From: Candidatus Omnitrophota bacterium
GTDB lineage: Bacteria > Omnitrophota > Gorgyraeia > Gygaellales > Profunditerraquicolaceae
Length of the DNA: 64,000 bases
Direction of reading: 5' to 3'
Assembly: GCA_003598135.1 (NCBI GenBank)
Contig: QZKA01000027.1
Span: 20,788 to 84,787 of the forward strand
Below the pieces are notes generated by a model, which worked only from the letters and a program-made list of their open reading frames with translations, was not told the DNA's origin and ran no database searches. The position numbers and the translations under genes are program-made. This document shows, one piece after another, positions 56,265 through 64,000 of this stretch. Positions within the stretch are counted from its first letter, which is position 1. Each line of letters opens with the position of its first letter.

Positions 56265-57794
56265 ATGACCATATTTATACAAACTTCCGACGATGCGCAG
56301 GATTTAAAATATGTAGCATTTATTTGCGAGACATTTAAACACGTTACCAAGACGGCGGTTGAGTTCAGGTTTCGAAAAGAAAACGATCCCATAGAATCGC
56401 AAGATTGTCTTATCAATTACGGGTTGCCGCCGAAAGAAGGCTGTATCAATATCCCAAGGGTGCGCTCTCGCATGCAGGAAGGTTATTGTTACGGCAAGTG
56501 CGATAGTTCATTCTTTACCGATGCGCGCCTGAGCGATACCGCACTACCCGTATACCGGCAGCTTCTCAGTAACCAGCAGGTCAGGGGTAGCGTAGTTTTT
56601 TCTGAGGCAAGCACCAAAGCGCCCTTAATTAGCAGCGCAGGCAGCGGGACCAAGGGAATCAATGTCCATTTCGACTTTTTTTACAACATCTTTTGTTTTT
56701 TGGGGAATATCCCTGATATTGCCTTTGAAGAGAAGCACGGGATTGCACACTCTTACGCAAAATTTATACGCCGAGATCAGGCGTTTTACGGTAAACCTTG
56801 GGTCAATTATTTTTTTATCATATTTCAGTCGTTGATAGAAGCGGTTTCAGGTAAAAGCCTTGATTGCCAAAAGTCGCCTCGCCGTTTAGGTTTTCAGGTT
56901 CTTATGATGTATGATGTCGATGCGATAAGAAAGACGCCGATCATGCAGGCAAAACAACTTTTGTTTATTGTCATTAACCTTTTCCGATCCCTTTTTGAAA
57001 TGGATTTTAAGAAATCCCGTGAAGAGGGGAAGCGTTTTTTTCGCTTTATTTTTTTTCGTTGTAATTATTTATGTTTTGAAGTAATTGCCTCAGGTGAGGA
57101 GTCGTTAAAGGTCCCTTCAATATTTAATATTTATCAAAAAATTAGATACGGGAGGATAAAGAAAATAAAAAGCCTGATCTTTGACCCCGCATATGATATT
57201 TCCAAAGAAGCGGTTTTAAAGGATTCGATTAAAATGTTGATTCGCAAAGGAAAAGGTATTGGGTTGCACTCAGGCTATAATTCCTATGCCTCAAGCGGTG
57301 AACTGTTATTACAGAAGTCCATGCTTTCTCGGACCCTAAATTATTCGGTAAGGGGGTTACGGCAGCACTGGTTGAGGTTTTCTGTTAAGAATACCTGGAA
57401 AGCGCAAGAGGAGGCAGGGTTTTTGTATGATGCCAGTTTTGGTTTTAACGATGCGATAGGGTTCAGGTCCGGGCTGGCGCATCCTTACTTTCCCTATTCG
57501 CACGAAGAAGGGAGAAGTTACAGGATTTTGGAGGTTCCGCCTGTATTGATGGATTCAACGCTCATGCATTATGGCAATCGTACAGAGGAGAGTGCATTTA
57601 CAGAAGCGGTCTGCGTGCTTAAAGAGGTGAAAAAATTCGCCGGAACCTGCGTGATGGTTTGGCATCAGGAATCTTTCTGTCGGGATTATGGATGGGGGAA
57701 CCTGTTGAAACGAATCCTTGGCTGGGTTGCCGATAGCGGAGGCAGCTTTATTTCAGAACAAGAGCTACTATCGCAATACAATCTTTTACATTAA
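56265..57794 (+). CDS. Hypothetical protein; the C-terminal half is weakly similar to a CE4/NodB-type polysaccharide deacetylase (DUF3473-like)
   Basis: Motif order YDVDA ... GLHSGYN ... HPYFPY ... VWHQ loosely follows the CE4 motif series (DxD, HSxxN, RxPY, ...H). The N-terminal roughly 200 aa are unrecognised. Confidence 0.3.
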   Translation: MTIFIQTSDDAQDLKYVAFICETFKHVTKTAVEFRFRKENDPIESQDCLINYGLPPKEGCINIPRVRSRMQEGYCYGKCDSSFFTDARLSDTALPVYRQLLSNQQVRGSVVFSEASTKAPLISSAGSGTKGINVHFDFFYNIFCFLGNIPDIAFEEKHGIAHSYAKFIRRDQAFYGKPWVNYFFIIFQSLIEAVSGKSLDCQKSPRRLGFQVLMMYDVDAIRKTPIMQAKQLLFIVINLFRSLFEMDFKKSREEGKRFFRFIFFRCNYLCFEVIASGEESLKVPSIFNIYQKIRYGRIKKIKSLIFDPAYDISKEAVLKDSIKMLIRKGKGIGLHSGYNSYASSGELLLQKSMLSRTLNYSVRGLRQHWLRFSVKNTWKAQEEAGFLYDASFGFNDAIGFRSGLAHPYFPYSHEEGRSYRILEVPPVLMDSTLMHYGNRTEESAFTEAVCVLKEVKKFAGTCVMVWHQESFCRDYGWGNLLKRILGWVADSGGSFISEQELLSQYNLLH

Positions 57795-57803
57795 AGGGCT
57801 CCA

Positions 57804-58985
57804 TTGAAAACAAAGAATGTATTAATACTGGATGGCTTTACCAAGCATTCCCTCCCCTTTGTTCGGTCCCTGGGAAAAGAGGGGATCAGGATTACCCTCG
57901 GTTCTCCGGTGAAGTACCTGTCATTATCTTTTTATTCTAAATTCGTAAACAGGTTTTTCAGGTATCCCGAACCCGAAAGTAATCCCCAAGGCTTTGTTGA
58001 AGCCTTATTAGAAGAAGTCAAAAAGACCCATTATGACGCTATTTTTCCTTTAAGGGATGCTTCTACGTATCTTGTCTCCCGCCATAAGAAAGAGTTCCTC
58101 AAGCATACGAATACCGCTGTTGCCGATTTTAATCAGATGGAGATCGCTTCAGATAAATCTAAGACTATAACCTTTGCGCGAGGGCTGGGCGTAGCAATAC
58201 CCGTAACAAAAACTATCGATGAACAGGGTTTTTCCAGCCTTTGCGATTCAGACTTTCCCGCGGTTTTGAAGTTACCGATGAAATCCGGAGGGGTAAGGTA
58301 TGTAAACTCAAAGAGTGAGTTTCTCGGAGCTTTCAGGGCATTACGCAGCGAAAAGAGCGTTCTTTCTACCGGGCGAGTGTTGTTACAGGAATATATACCC
58401 GGACAGGGCTATGGCTACTTTGCGCTTTGTGACCAAGGCAGGGTTATTGCGCATTTCATGCATAAAAGAATCAGGGAGTATCCGGTAACTGGCGGCATCA
58501 GCGCGGCAGCCGAAAGTGTTTACGAAGATGGCCTGAAGTCTATCGGAGAATTAATCTTGAGCAGGCTACGGTGGCACGGGGTTATCATGATGGAATTCAA
58601 GCGCGATGCGCGCGATAACTCTTTTAAGCTTATGGAGCTCAATCCTAAATTCTGGGGGTCACTGGATTTAGCTATCGCCTGCGGGGTGGATTTTCCTGTT
58701 CTTGCCTATCGTCTTGCAACGCAGGAAGCATTAATTCCCCCTTTAAGCTATAACGTGGGAACGAAATTCCGATGGCTTATTCCGTGGGAGATCCTGCATG
58801 TATGTGCGAAGCCCGCTTCTCTGCCGGCTTTTATACGTGATTTTAAAGAAAAGAATGTTTTCTATGACATAGACTACCGGGACTTAAAACCTAACCTTTT
58901 TCAATGGCTTCTATTTTTAGGGTATGCGCGATACTATAAAGGCAAGCTGAAATTCCCTCACGGAAGGCCGCCATGTATACGGTAG
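57804..58985 (+). CDS. ATP-grasp domain protein (carboxylate-amine ligase-like)
   Basis: ATP-grasp signatures (LKLPMKSGGVRYV, LLQEYIPG, MELNPKFWGS). A TTG start at 57804 is the first in-frame start after the upstream stop; the start is uncertain. Confidence 0.55.
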   Translation: MKTKNVLILDGFTKHSLPFVRSLGKEGIRITLGSPVKYLSLSFYSKFVNRFFRYPEPESNPQGFVEALLEEVKKTHYDAIFPLRDASTYLVSRHKKEFLKHTNTAVADFNQMEIASDKSKTITFARGLGVAIPVTKTIDEQGFSSLCDSDFPAVLKLPMKSGGVRYVNSKSEFLGAFRALRSEKSVLSTGRVLLQEYIPGQGYGYFALCDQGRVIAHFMHKRIREYPVTGGISAAAESVYEDGLKSIGELILSRLRWHGVIMMEFKRDARDNSFKLMELNPKFWGSLDLAIACGVDFPVLAYRLATQEALIPPLSYNVGTKFRWLIPWEILHVCAKPASLPAFIRDFKEKNVFYDIDYRDLKPNLFQWLLFLGYARYYKGKLKFPHGRPPCIR

Positions 58986-59605
58986 ATTTTCATATTCATT
59001 CACGGTACTCTTTCGACGCGCTTTCTTCCATAGACGGATTGCTCTGCAAAGCAAAGAAGTGCGGTTTAGACGCAATCGCGATTACCGACCACAATACGAT
59101 ACGGGGAAGCGTTGAGGCTGCGCGAAGAAACACAGACCCGGGATTTTTGGTAATCTGTGCTTCTGAGGTTGCTACGGAATTCGGGGATATGATCGGTTTG
59201 TTTCTCAATAAAGAAATCACCTCGCGAAAGTGTGCTGATGTAATCGAGGAAATAAAAGGGCAGGGTGGAGTAGTATTGATTCCGCATCCGGACTTACGCA
59301 GGCTGCCGTTATCCATTCTTAAGTCCGCCGATTTGATAGAACTTTACAGTGCCCGCAGTCCTGCGAAAGAGGAATTACGAATTGCGCAGATTGCCGAGGA
59401 GTGCTCTTTGATACCTGTAGGAGGTAGTGACGCGCACTTTGTTTCCGATGTGGGTAGCTGTCTGAATACGTATGAGGAAAAAATAGCCAACATGGAATCG
59501 CTTAAAGCGGTCGTTACCCGCAGTGCTCCCGATGTCAAGATACTGAAGAAAGCGTCGTTTCTTAAATTTTGCGCCAGCCAGCTCATAAAGCATATTAAAT
59601 CATGA
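58973..59605 (+). CDS. PHP-domain metal-dependent phosphoesterase
   Basis: N-terminal DFHIHSRYSFDA...AIAITDHN is the His-rich PHP motif. Length 210 aa. Confidence 0.65.
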   Translation: MYTVDFHIHSRYSFDALSSIDGLLCKAKKCGLDAIAITDHNTIRGSVEAARRNTDPGFLVICASEVATEFGDMIGLFLNKEITSRKCADVIEEIKGQGGVVLIPHPDLRRLPLSILKSADLIELYSARSPAKEELRIAQIAEECSLIPVGGSDAHFVSDVGSCLNTYEEKIANMESLKAVVTRSAPDVKILKKASFLKFCASQLIKHIKS

Positions 59606-60585
59606 AAACGCAATTATGGGACAGCCTTATTAAGGTTTTGGGCCGGGTGATTGCCAGGTACTATTTAAAAAAGCCTTCATTTGAGTATATTATTTCCACT
59701 CGCTACCCAAGCGCATCCGCGTTTTTTTTAGACTCCTTGAATCAATTGATGAGGGGCTTGGGTTCAACGTTTGTGTTTGGCCTGACTACCGTGACGTTTG
59801 AGTTGACAAATGTATGTAACCTAAAATGCTCTATCTGTCCGGTAAATTCTGGAATGAAGCGGAAAAGGGGCCTTTTTCCGCTCAAGGAGTACAAAAGAAT
59901 AATTGATGCAAATCCTCTTATAAGAAGGGTAGGTTTGGTAAATTGGGGGGAGCCGCTTCTGCATCCGGAATTCGTAGAATTTATTACGTATGCTTCTTCT
60001 AAGGGCATCCATACGTCAACCACGACTAATGCAGTATTACTTAACGAAGGCAAATGTAAAGAAATAATAAGTAGCGGGTTAGATATTATGAGATTTTCCA
60101 TGGATGCAGTCGGAAAAGAATACGAGAAAATACGAGGGCATAATTATCTAGAAGTAAAACAGAATATCGAGCGCTTCATAGAATATAGGAACCGAAACAA
60201 CCCGCGGATGAAGATTGAAATAACCGCAGTGATTGGTAATGATAACGAAGCGGACATCGGGGCGCTTAAAGAAGAGTGGAAAGGCAAAGTCGATTTCATC
60301 AATTTTCAACCGTTGTTGTTATTCCAAAAGCATTCAAGGCAACAGGCGTGCAGGGAATTATGGAGGAGCCTCTACGTGCTCGTTGACGGAACCGTTATTC
60401 CCTGTTGCGCTGATTATGAAGGATTGCTTGATGTAGGGAATGCGTTTACTCAGGATTTAGAGAAAATATGGAACGGCAGGCTGATTCGGGAACTAAGGCG
60501 CGGGCATTTATCTAGGAGGTTTCAAGCTACATGTGCTCTTTGCTCGGAATTTTCGTCCAGCCGGATAGAAAGCAGGTTTCAATAA
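59602..60585 (+). CDS. Radical SAM protein with a C-terminal Cys-rich (SPASM/twitch-like) region
   Basis: CNLKCSICPV is the CxxxCxxC cluster motif, near the N-terminus. C-terminal cysteines sit at CCADYEGL...CALCSE. Confidence 0.7.
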   Translation: MKTQLWDSLIKVLGRVIARYYLKKPSFEYIISTRYPSASAFFLDSLNQLMRGLGSTFVFGLTTVTFELTNVCNLKCSICPVNSGMKRKRGLFPLKEYKRIIDANPLIRRVGLVNWGEPLLHPEFVEFITYASSKGIHTSTTTNAVLLNEGKCKEIISSGLDIMRFSMDAVGKEYEKIRGHNYLEVKQNIERFIEYRNRNNPRMKIEITAVIGNDNEADIGALKEEWKGKVDFINFQPLLLFQKHSRQQACRELWRSLYVLVDGTVIPCCADYEGLLDVGNAFTQDLEKIWNGRLIRELRRGHLSRRFQATCALCSEFSSSRIESRFQ

Positions 60586-60588
60586 GAT

Positions 60589-62061
60589 ATGAAAATTTTG
60601 CTTATTTTTCCTCCGCTTGTTCATAAACAGATATATGACCTTCCTGAGTTTGTTGAAAATGAAGCGTCTTTGCATCCTCCTTTAGGCTTAATGTCTTTGG
60701 CTGGCTACCTGCAACGCTTCAGTAGGCATGAAGTGAGGATCCTTGATGCCAATGCGCAAAAAATGGAGTATCGTCAATTAAGTCAGGCCCTGCAGGAATA
60801 TGGGCCGGATCTGGTAGGGATAACCGTAAATACCACCTTTTTATACGATGCAGCGTTAACTGCCAAAACGGTGAAGGAAGTAGACAGAGATATCCATGTC
60901 TGCCTTGGCGGCGCCCATGTGAATTTGTATCCAAACCAGACCATGCGCCTGGAAGGGGTTGATTCAGTGGTGGTAGGTGACGGAGAATTATCCTTCATGA
61001 AGTTGGCCGATTCTCTTAGCGAAGAAAAAAATGGGTCAGGCATTGACGGCGTTTTCATAAGTAAGACAGACAGAGATAAAAAAATAAATCCCATGAATCC
61101 TGCCTATTATATCGATGACCTCGATTCTTTGCCGTTTCCTGCGCGCGGCCTGGTAAACCCACAAGATTATTACTCGGTTTTTTCTTCAGGAAAGACAAAA
61201 TTGATGACTTCACTCGTTACCAGCAGGGGGTGTCCTTTCAGGTGTTCTTTTTGCCAGCTGCCTTTTGAGAAACTCAGGATGCGCTCCCCAAAGAATGTTA
61301 TTGAAGAAATAGAAGAGTGTGTCGAAAACGGTTATGCAGAATTTGATATTTACGATGACACATTCAATTTTTCCATAGACAGGGTAATTGAGATATGCAA
61401 GCTTATTTGTGAGAAGAAGTTTAAGATCGAGTGGTCATTCAGGGGAAGGGTGGATAGGGTTAATAGAGAAATGTTGCAATGGGCAAAAAAGGCAGGATGC
61501 AGCCGGATTCAGTTCGGAATTGAGTCTGGGTCACAGCGGATATTATCCGCATACAACAAAGGAATATCCTTAAGCGATGTCTATGAGGCATTCAGGCTTA
61601 TGCGCCAAGTCGGTATCGCTTCTTTTGCCTATTTTATTGTGGGAGGGCCTGGTGAGACACTGCAAGATTTCGAGGAGTCGCTTACGTTGATTAAAAAGAT
61701 AAAGCCCGACTACATCACCTTTTCCATCTTAAAACCGATGCCCGGAACAGCCATATACGACTTAAGCCTAAAAAAAGGGTTACGAAAAAATGATTACTGG
61801 GAGGGGTTCGCACGTAATCCTACAAAAGACTTTATCCCTCCGCTATGGGAGGAGAACTTTACTCTTAGTGAATTGATAGCGTTGCGTAACCGTGCGCTGA
61901 GAAGTTTTTATTTCCGCCTTTCGTATATCGCACGCAGGGCAACTACTATAAAGAGCCTCAATGAACTAACGAATATGGTCAAATCGGGAATTTTACTTTT
62001 TAGGGATATCTGCGTAAGTCCGATATTCAAGGCCTCTATACAACATGTTAAGAAAACTTAA
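60589..62061 (+). CDS. Cobalamin-binding (class B) radical SAM protein, copy 5
   Basis: B12-binding N-terminus (ILLIFPPLV...PLGLMSLAGYL) and TSRGCPFRCSFCQLP. Confidence 0.85.
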   Translation: MKILLIFPPLVHKQIYDLPEFVENEASLHPPLGLMSLAGYLQRFSRHEVRILDANAQKMEYRQLSQALQEYGPDLVGITVNTTFLYDAALTAKTVKEVDRDIHVCLGGAHVNLYPNQTMRLEGVDSVVVGDGELSFMKLADSLSEEKNGSGIDGVFISKTDRDKKINPMNPAYYIDDLDSLPFPARGLVNPQDYYSVFSSGKTKLMTSLVTSRGCPFRCSFCQLPFEKLRMRSPKNVIEEIEECVENGYAEFDIYDDTFNFSIDRVIEICKLICEKKFKIEWSFRGRVDRVNREMLQWAKKAGCSRIQFGIESGSQRILSAYNKGISLSDVYEAFRLMRQVGIASFAYFIVGGPGETLQDFEESLTLIKKIKPDYITFSILKPMPGTAIYDLSLKKGLRKNDYWEGFARNPTKDFIPPLWEENFTLSELIALRNRALRSFYFRLSYIARRATTIKSLNELTNMVKSGILLFRDICVSPIFKASIQHVKKT

Positions 62062-63196
62062 AAAGAGGATCGATAGTTTTATCGCCCATCCTAACTCCCA
62101 GGACGAAGGAATATTTTCGCTTCTGTGGCAGGCAATGCCATATTACGTCTCGAGGAAGGGCTTTAGCCTTTTCCCTAAAATAATTTATCTGGTTGTCAAT
62201 AGCGTCTGCAATCTTCATTGTAAAATGTGCGATGTGGGAATGAATGATAAGGAGACCTATTTTTATAAGAACATGGTGGCAGATGCGCGCCAGGAACTCG
62301 ACCCCACCCGGCTTAAAGCACTTTTTGAAGAAGTAAAAAAGTTCAAACCGCTTATTTCCATCACCTCAACCGAGCCACTTTTGTACGGTCCTTTGCTGGA
62401 AGTCTGTGAATATGCTACAAAGAAATGCGGCTTAAAAGTTTCCATAAATACCAACGGACTGCTATTGGAGGATATGGCAGAAGGACTTCTTCGTGCCGGA
62501 ATTACAAGGATTGTAGTTTCACTGGACGGGCCGCCTGAGGTTAACGATATGATACGCGGTTTTTCCGGTGGTTTTAACCGCGTTTTGGCCGGAATGCGCA
62601 AAATCGACCGGATTAAAAAACAGAGAAAGCTGCGATACCCGCGTTTTGCCACTATCCATGTAGTCACCAATTATAATTATGATTCGCTTGACCGCATCCC
62701 GGATTACTTCAGCGGTATTGACATAGAAAAATTTATTTTTTCGCATATGACATTCATTACGCAGGAGATGGCTGATGCCCATAACCGCATATATGCGCAT
62801 ATCTATCCCATTACGCACTCCTGTATCGGGGGAGGGATTGATCCGAAAAAGGTTGATGTTGAGGTACTCTGGGACCAGCTTAATAAGGTCAAAAGAATGC
62901 TTAAAAATAAAGCATTCTTCAGCCCGACAATGGATAAAGAGGATTTGCAGAAATACTACCTTGAGCCTGATAGTTTTGTCGGCGGACACCGTTGCTATAT
63001 TCCCTGGGGGGTAAGCCAGATTACTGCCAGCGGCGATGTGATTGGCCTTACCCGCTGTTTTCATTACCCGATGGGCAATATATATGAGAATAGCTTTAAG
63101 GAGATATGGAACGGAGATAAATTGAGAAGATTCAGGAAGGATTTACGCGCAAAAGGTGCTTTTGTTGCCTGTAGCCGTTGCCGCGGAGTGTTATAG
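62045..63196 (+). CDS. Radical SAM protein with a C-terminal Cys cluster
   Basis: CNLHCKMCDV is the CxxxCxxC cluster motif, near the N-terminus. C-terminal cysteines sit at CFHYP...CSRCRG. Confidence 0.7.
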   Translation: MLRKLKKRIDSFIAHPNSQDEGIFSLLWQAMPYYVSRKGFSLFPKIIYLVVNSVCNLHCKMCDVGMNDKETYFYKNMVADARQELDPTRLKALFEEVKKFKPLISITSTEPLLYGPLLEVCEYATKKCGLKVSINTNGLLLEDMAEGLLRAGITRIVVSLDGPPEVNDMIRGFSGGFNRVLAGMRKIDRIKKQRKLRYPRFATIHVVTNYNYDSLDRIPDYFSGIDIEKFIFSHMTFITQEMADAHNRIYAHIYPITHSCIGGGIDPKKVDVEVLWDQLNKVKRMLKNKAFFSPTMDKEDLQKYYLEPDSFVGGHRCYIPWGVSQITASGDVIGLTRCFHYPMGNIYENSFKEIWNGDKLRRFRKDLRAKGAFVACSRCRGVL

Positions 63197-63198
63197 AG

Positions 63199-63927
63199 AT
63201 GCGCGAGCTTTCTTTGGTTATTCCTTTATACAATGAAGCAGATAATATCAGCGAATTGATTGAAACACTATCCCGTGCGTTGGATAAAGAGAAAATAGAT
63301 TACGAGCTTGTGCTTGTGGATAATGGCTCATGCGATGCGACAGGAGACTTGATTGAAAAATACTCAAGGACCAACAATCGCATACGTAAAGTAACAGTGG
63401 TTAAGAATCGTGGCTATGGCTGGGGGATTATTAAAGGCCTGGAAGGGGCTTGCGGTGAGTATCTCGGTTTTATGTGCGGAGACGGCCAGATAAAGCCGGC
63501 AGATGTCGTAAAGGTATATAGAAAATTAACAGAAAAACGCCTGGATTTATGTAAAGTCAGGAGGGTTTTCCGGGAAGACGGGTTGCAACGTAAAGTCATA
63601 TCGTTTTTCTATAACGCGATTTTCGGCGTTCTTTTTAAGGCACACACCGATGATATAAACGGCACCCCCAAGATATTTGCGCGCCGCTTATATGAGGCGC
63701 TTAAGCCCGTTTCAAAAGATTGGTTCATCGATGCGGAGATCATTCTGAAGTGCGCGCAATTGCGCGGTAAGGTTGGGTCAGTACCGGTAACATTCTACAA
63801 GAGGAAGTGCGGCTCAACCAATGTGGGGCTGGCTACGATTATGGAGTTCCTTAAAAACATTACATTATATTATTTCATGCCGGAGAAATTCAGAAGGGAA
63901 CATGGAGACGTCACTAAAAGGCTGTAG
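63199..63927 (+). CDS. GT2 glycosyltransferase, Dpm1-like
   Basis: LSLVIPLYNEADNI...LVLVDNGSCDAT. The start at 63199 falls 3 nt after the upstream stop. Confidence 0.75.
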   Translation: MRELSLVIPLYNEADNISELIETLSRALDKEKIDYELVLVDNGSCDATGDLIEKYSRTNNRIRKVTVVKNRGYGWGIIKGLEGACGEYLGFMCGDGQIKPADVVKVYRKLTEKRLDLCKVRRVFREDGLQRKVISFFYNAIFGVLFKAHTDDINGTPKIFARRLYEALKPVSKDWFIDAEIILKCAQLRGKVGSVPVTFYKRKCGSTNVGLATIMEFLKNITLYYFMPEKFRREHGDVTKRL

Positions 63928-64000
63928 AGTCCTGGTTACGGGCATAAACGGTTTTATCGGCTCTCATCTAGCGCGGGAGTTGATTGCGACCGGAGCAGAG
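63902..64000 (+). CDS. NAD-dependent epimerase/dehydratase (SDR); 5' end only, the gene continues past the window
   Basis: METSLKGCRVLVTGINGFIGSHLARELIATGAE is a Rossmann GxxGxxG N-terminus. Confidence 0.55.
   Translation, partial: METSLKGCRVLVTGINGFIGSHLARELIATGAE

Overview
This 64-kb window is coded entirely on the + strand, with about 70 genes, no rRNA or tRNA, no CRISPR array and no obvious mobile element. The organism looks like a Gram-negative (diderm) bacterium of an uncultivated-looking lineage. All calls rest on motif and family recognition by eye from the six-frame track; no searches were run. The window has three blocks. Block 1 (1-11.2 kb) holds the 3' end of an LptD-like outer-membrane protein and a nucleotide-sugar dehydrogenase. 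It is followed by a type IV pilus locus: four tandem pilin paralogs, three minor (pseudo)pilins and pilMNOPQ. One pilin is bracketed by a consensus sigma70 promoter and a strong intrinsic terminator. A promoter-to-terminator unit of about 240 nt between two pilin genes may be a small RNA. Block 2 (11.2-23.6 kb) is housekeeping: DUF2344 fragment, rng, rplU, obg, proB, proA, nadD, rpe, PGM/PMM, plsC, ispH, rpsA, tyrS. Block 3 (23.6-64 kb, running off the window end) is one very large co-directional glycan locus. It encodes sugar-nucleotide enzymes for UDP-GalNAc/GlcNAc, GDP-Man, UDP-GlcA, UDP-Xyl, dTDP-6-deoxyhexose and UDP-ManNAc. It also encodes a Wzx flippase, a SemiSWEET/PQ-loop protein, five Dpm1-like GT2 glycosyltransferases, one GT4 and three Gfo/Idh/MocA oxidoreductases. 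It further carries a hexapeptide acetyltransferase, an AsnB-like amidotransferase, an ATP-grasp ligase, a PHP phosphoesterase, a DUF362 di-[4Fe-4S] ferredoxin-domain protein and a GT-C-like polytopic membrane protein. Most striking are nine radical SAM enzymes in this block: five cobalamin(B12)-binding class B and four with C-terminal Cys clusters. Two of the B12-binding enzymes are translationally coupled to Dpm1-like GT2 genes. This looks like an undescribed pathway for radical tailoring of a lipid-linked glycan; C-methylation is one possibility. The pilins and minor pilins are rich in N-x-S/T sequons, which suggests they are the glycosylation target.
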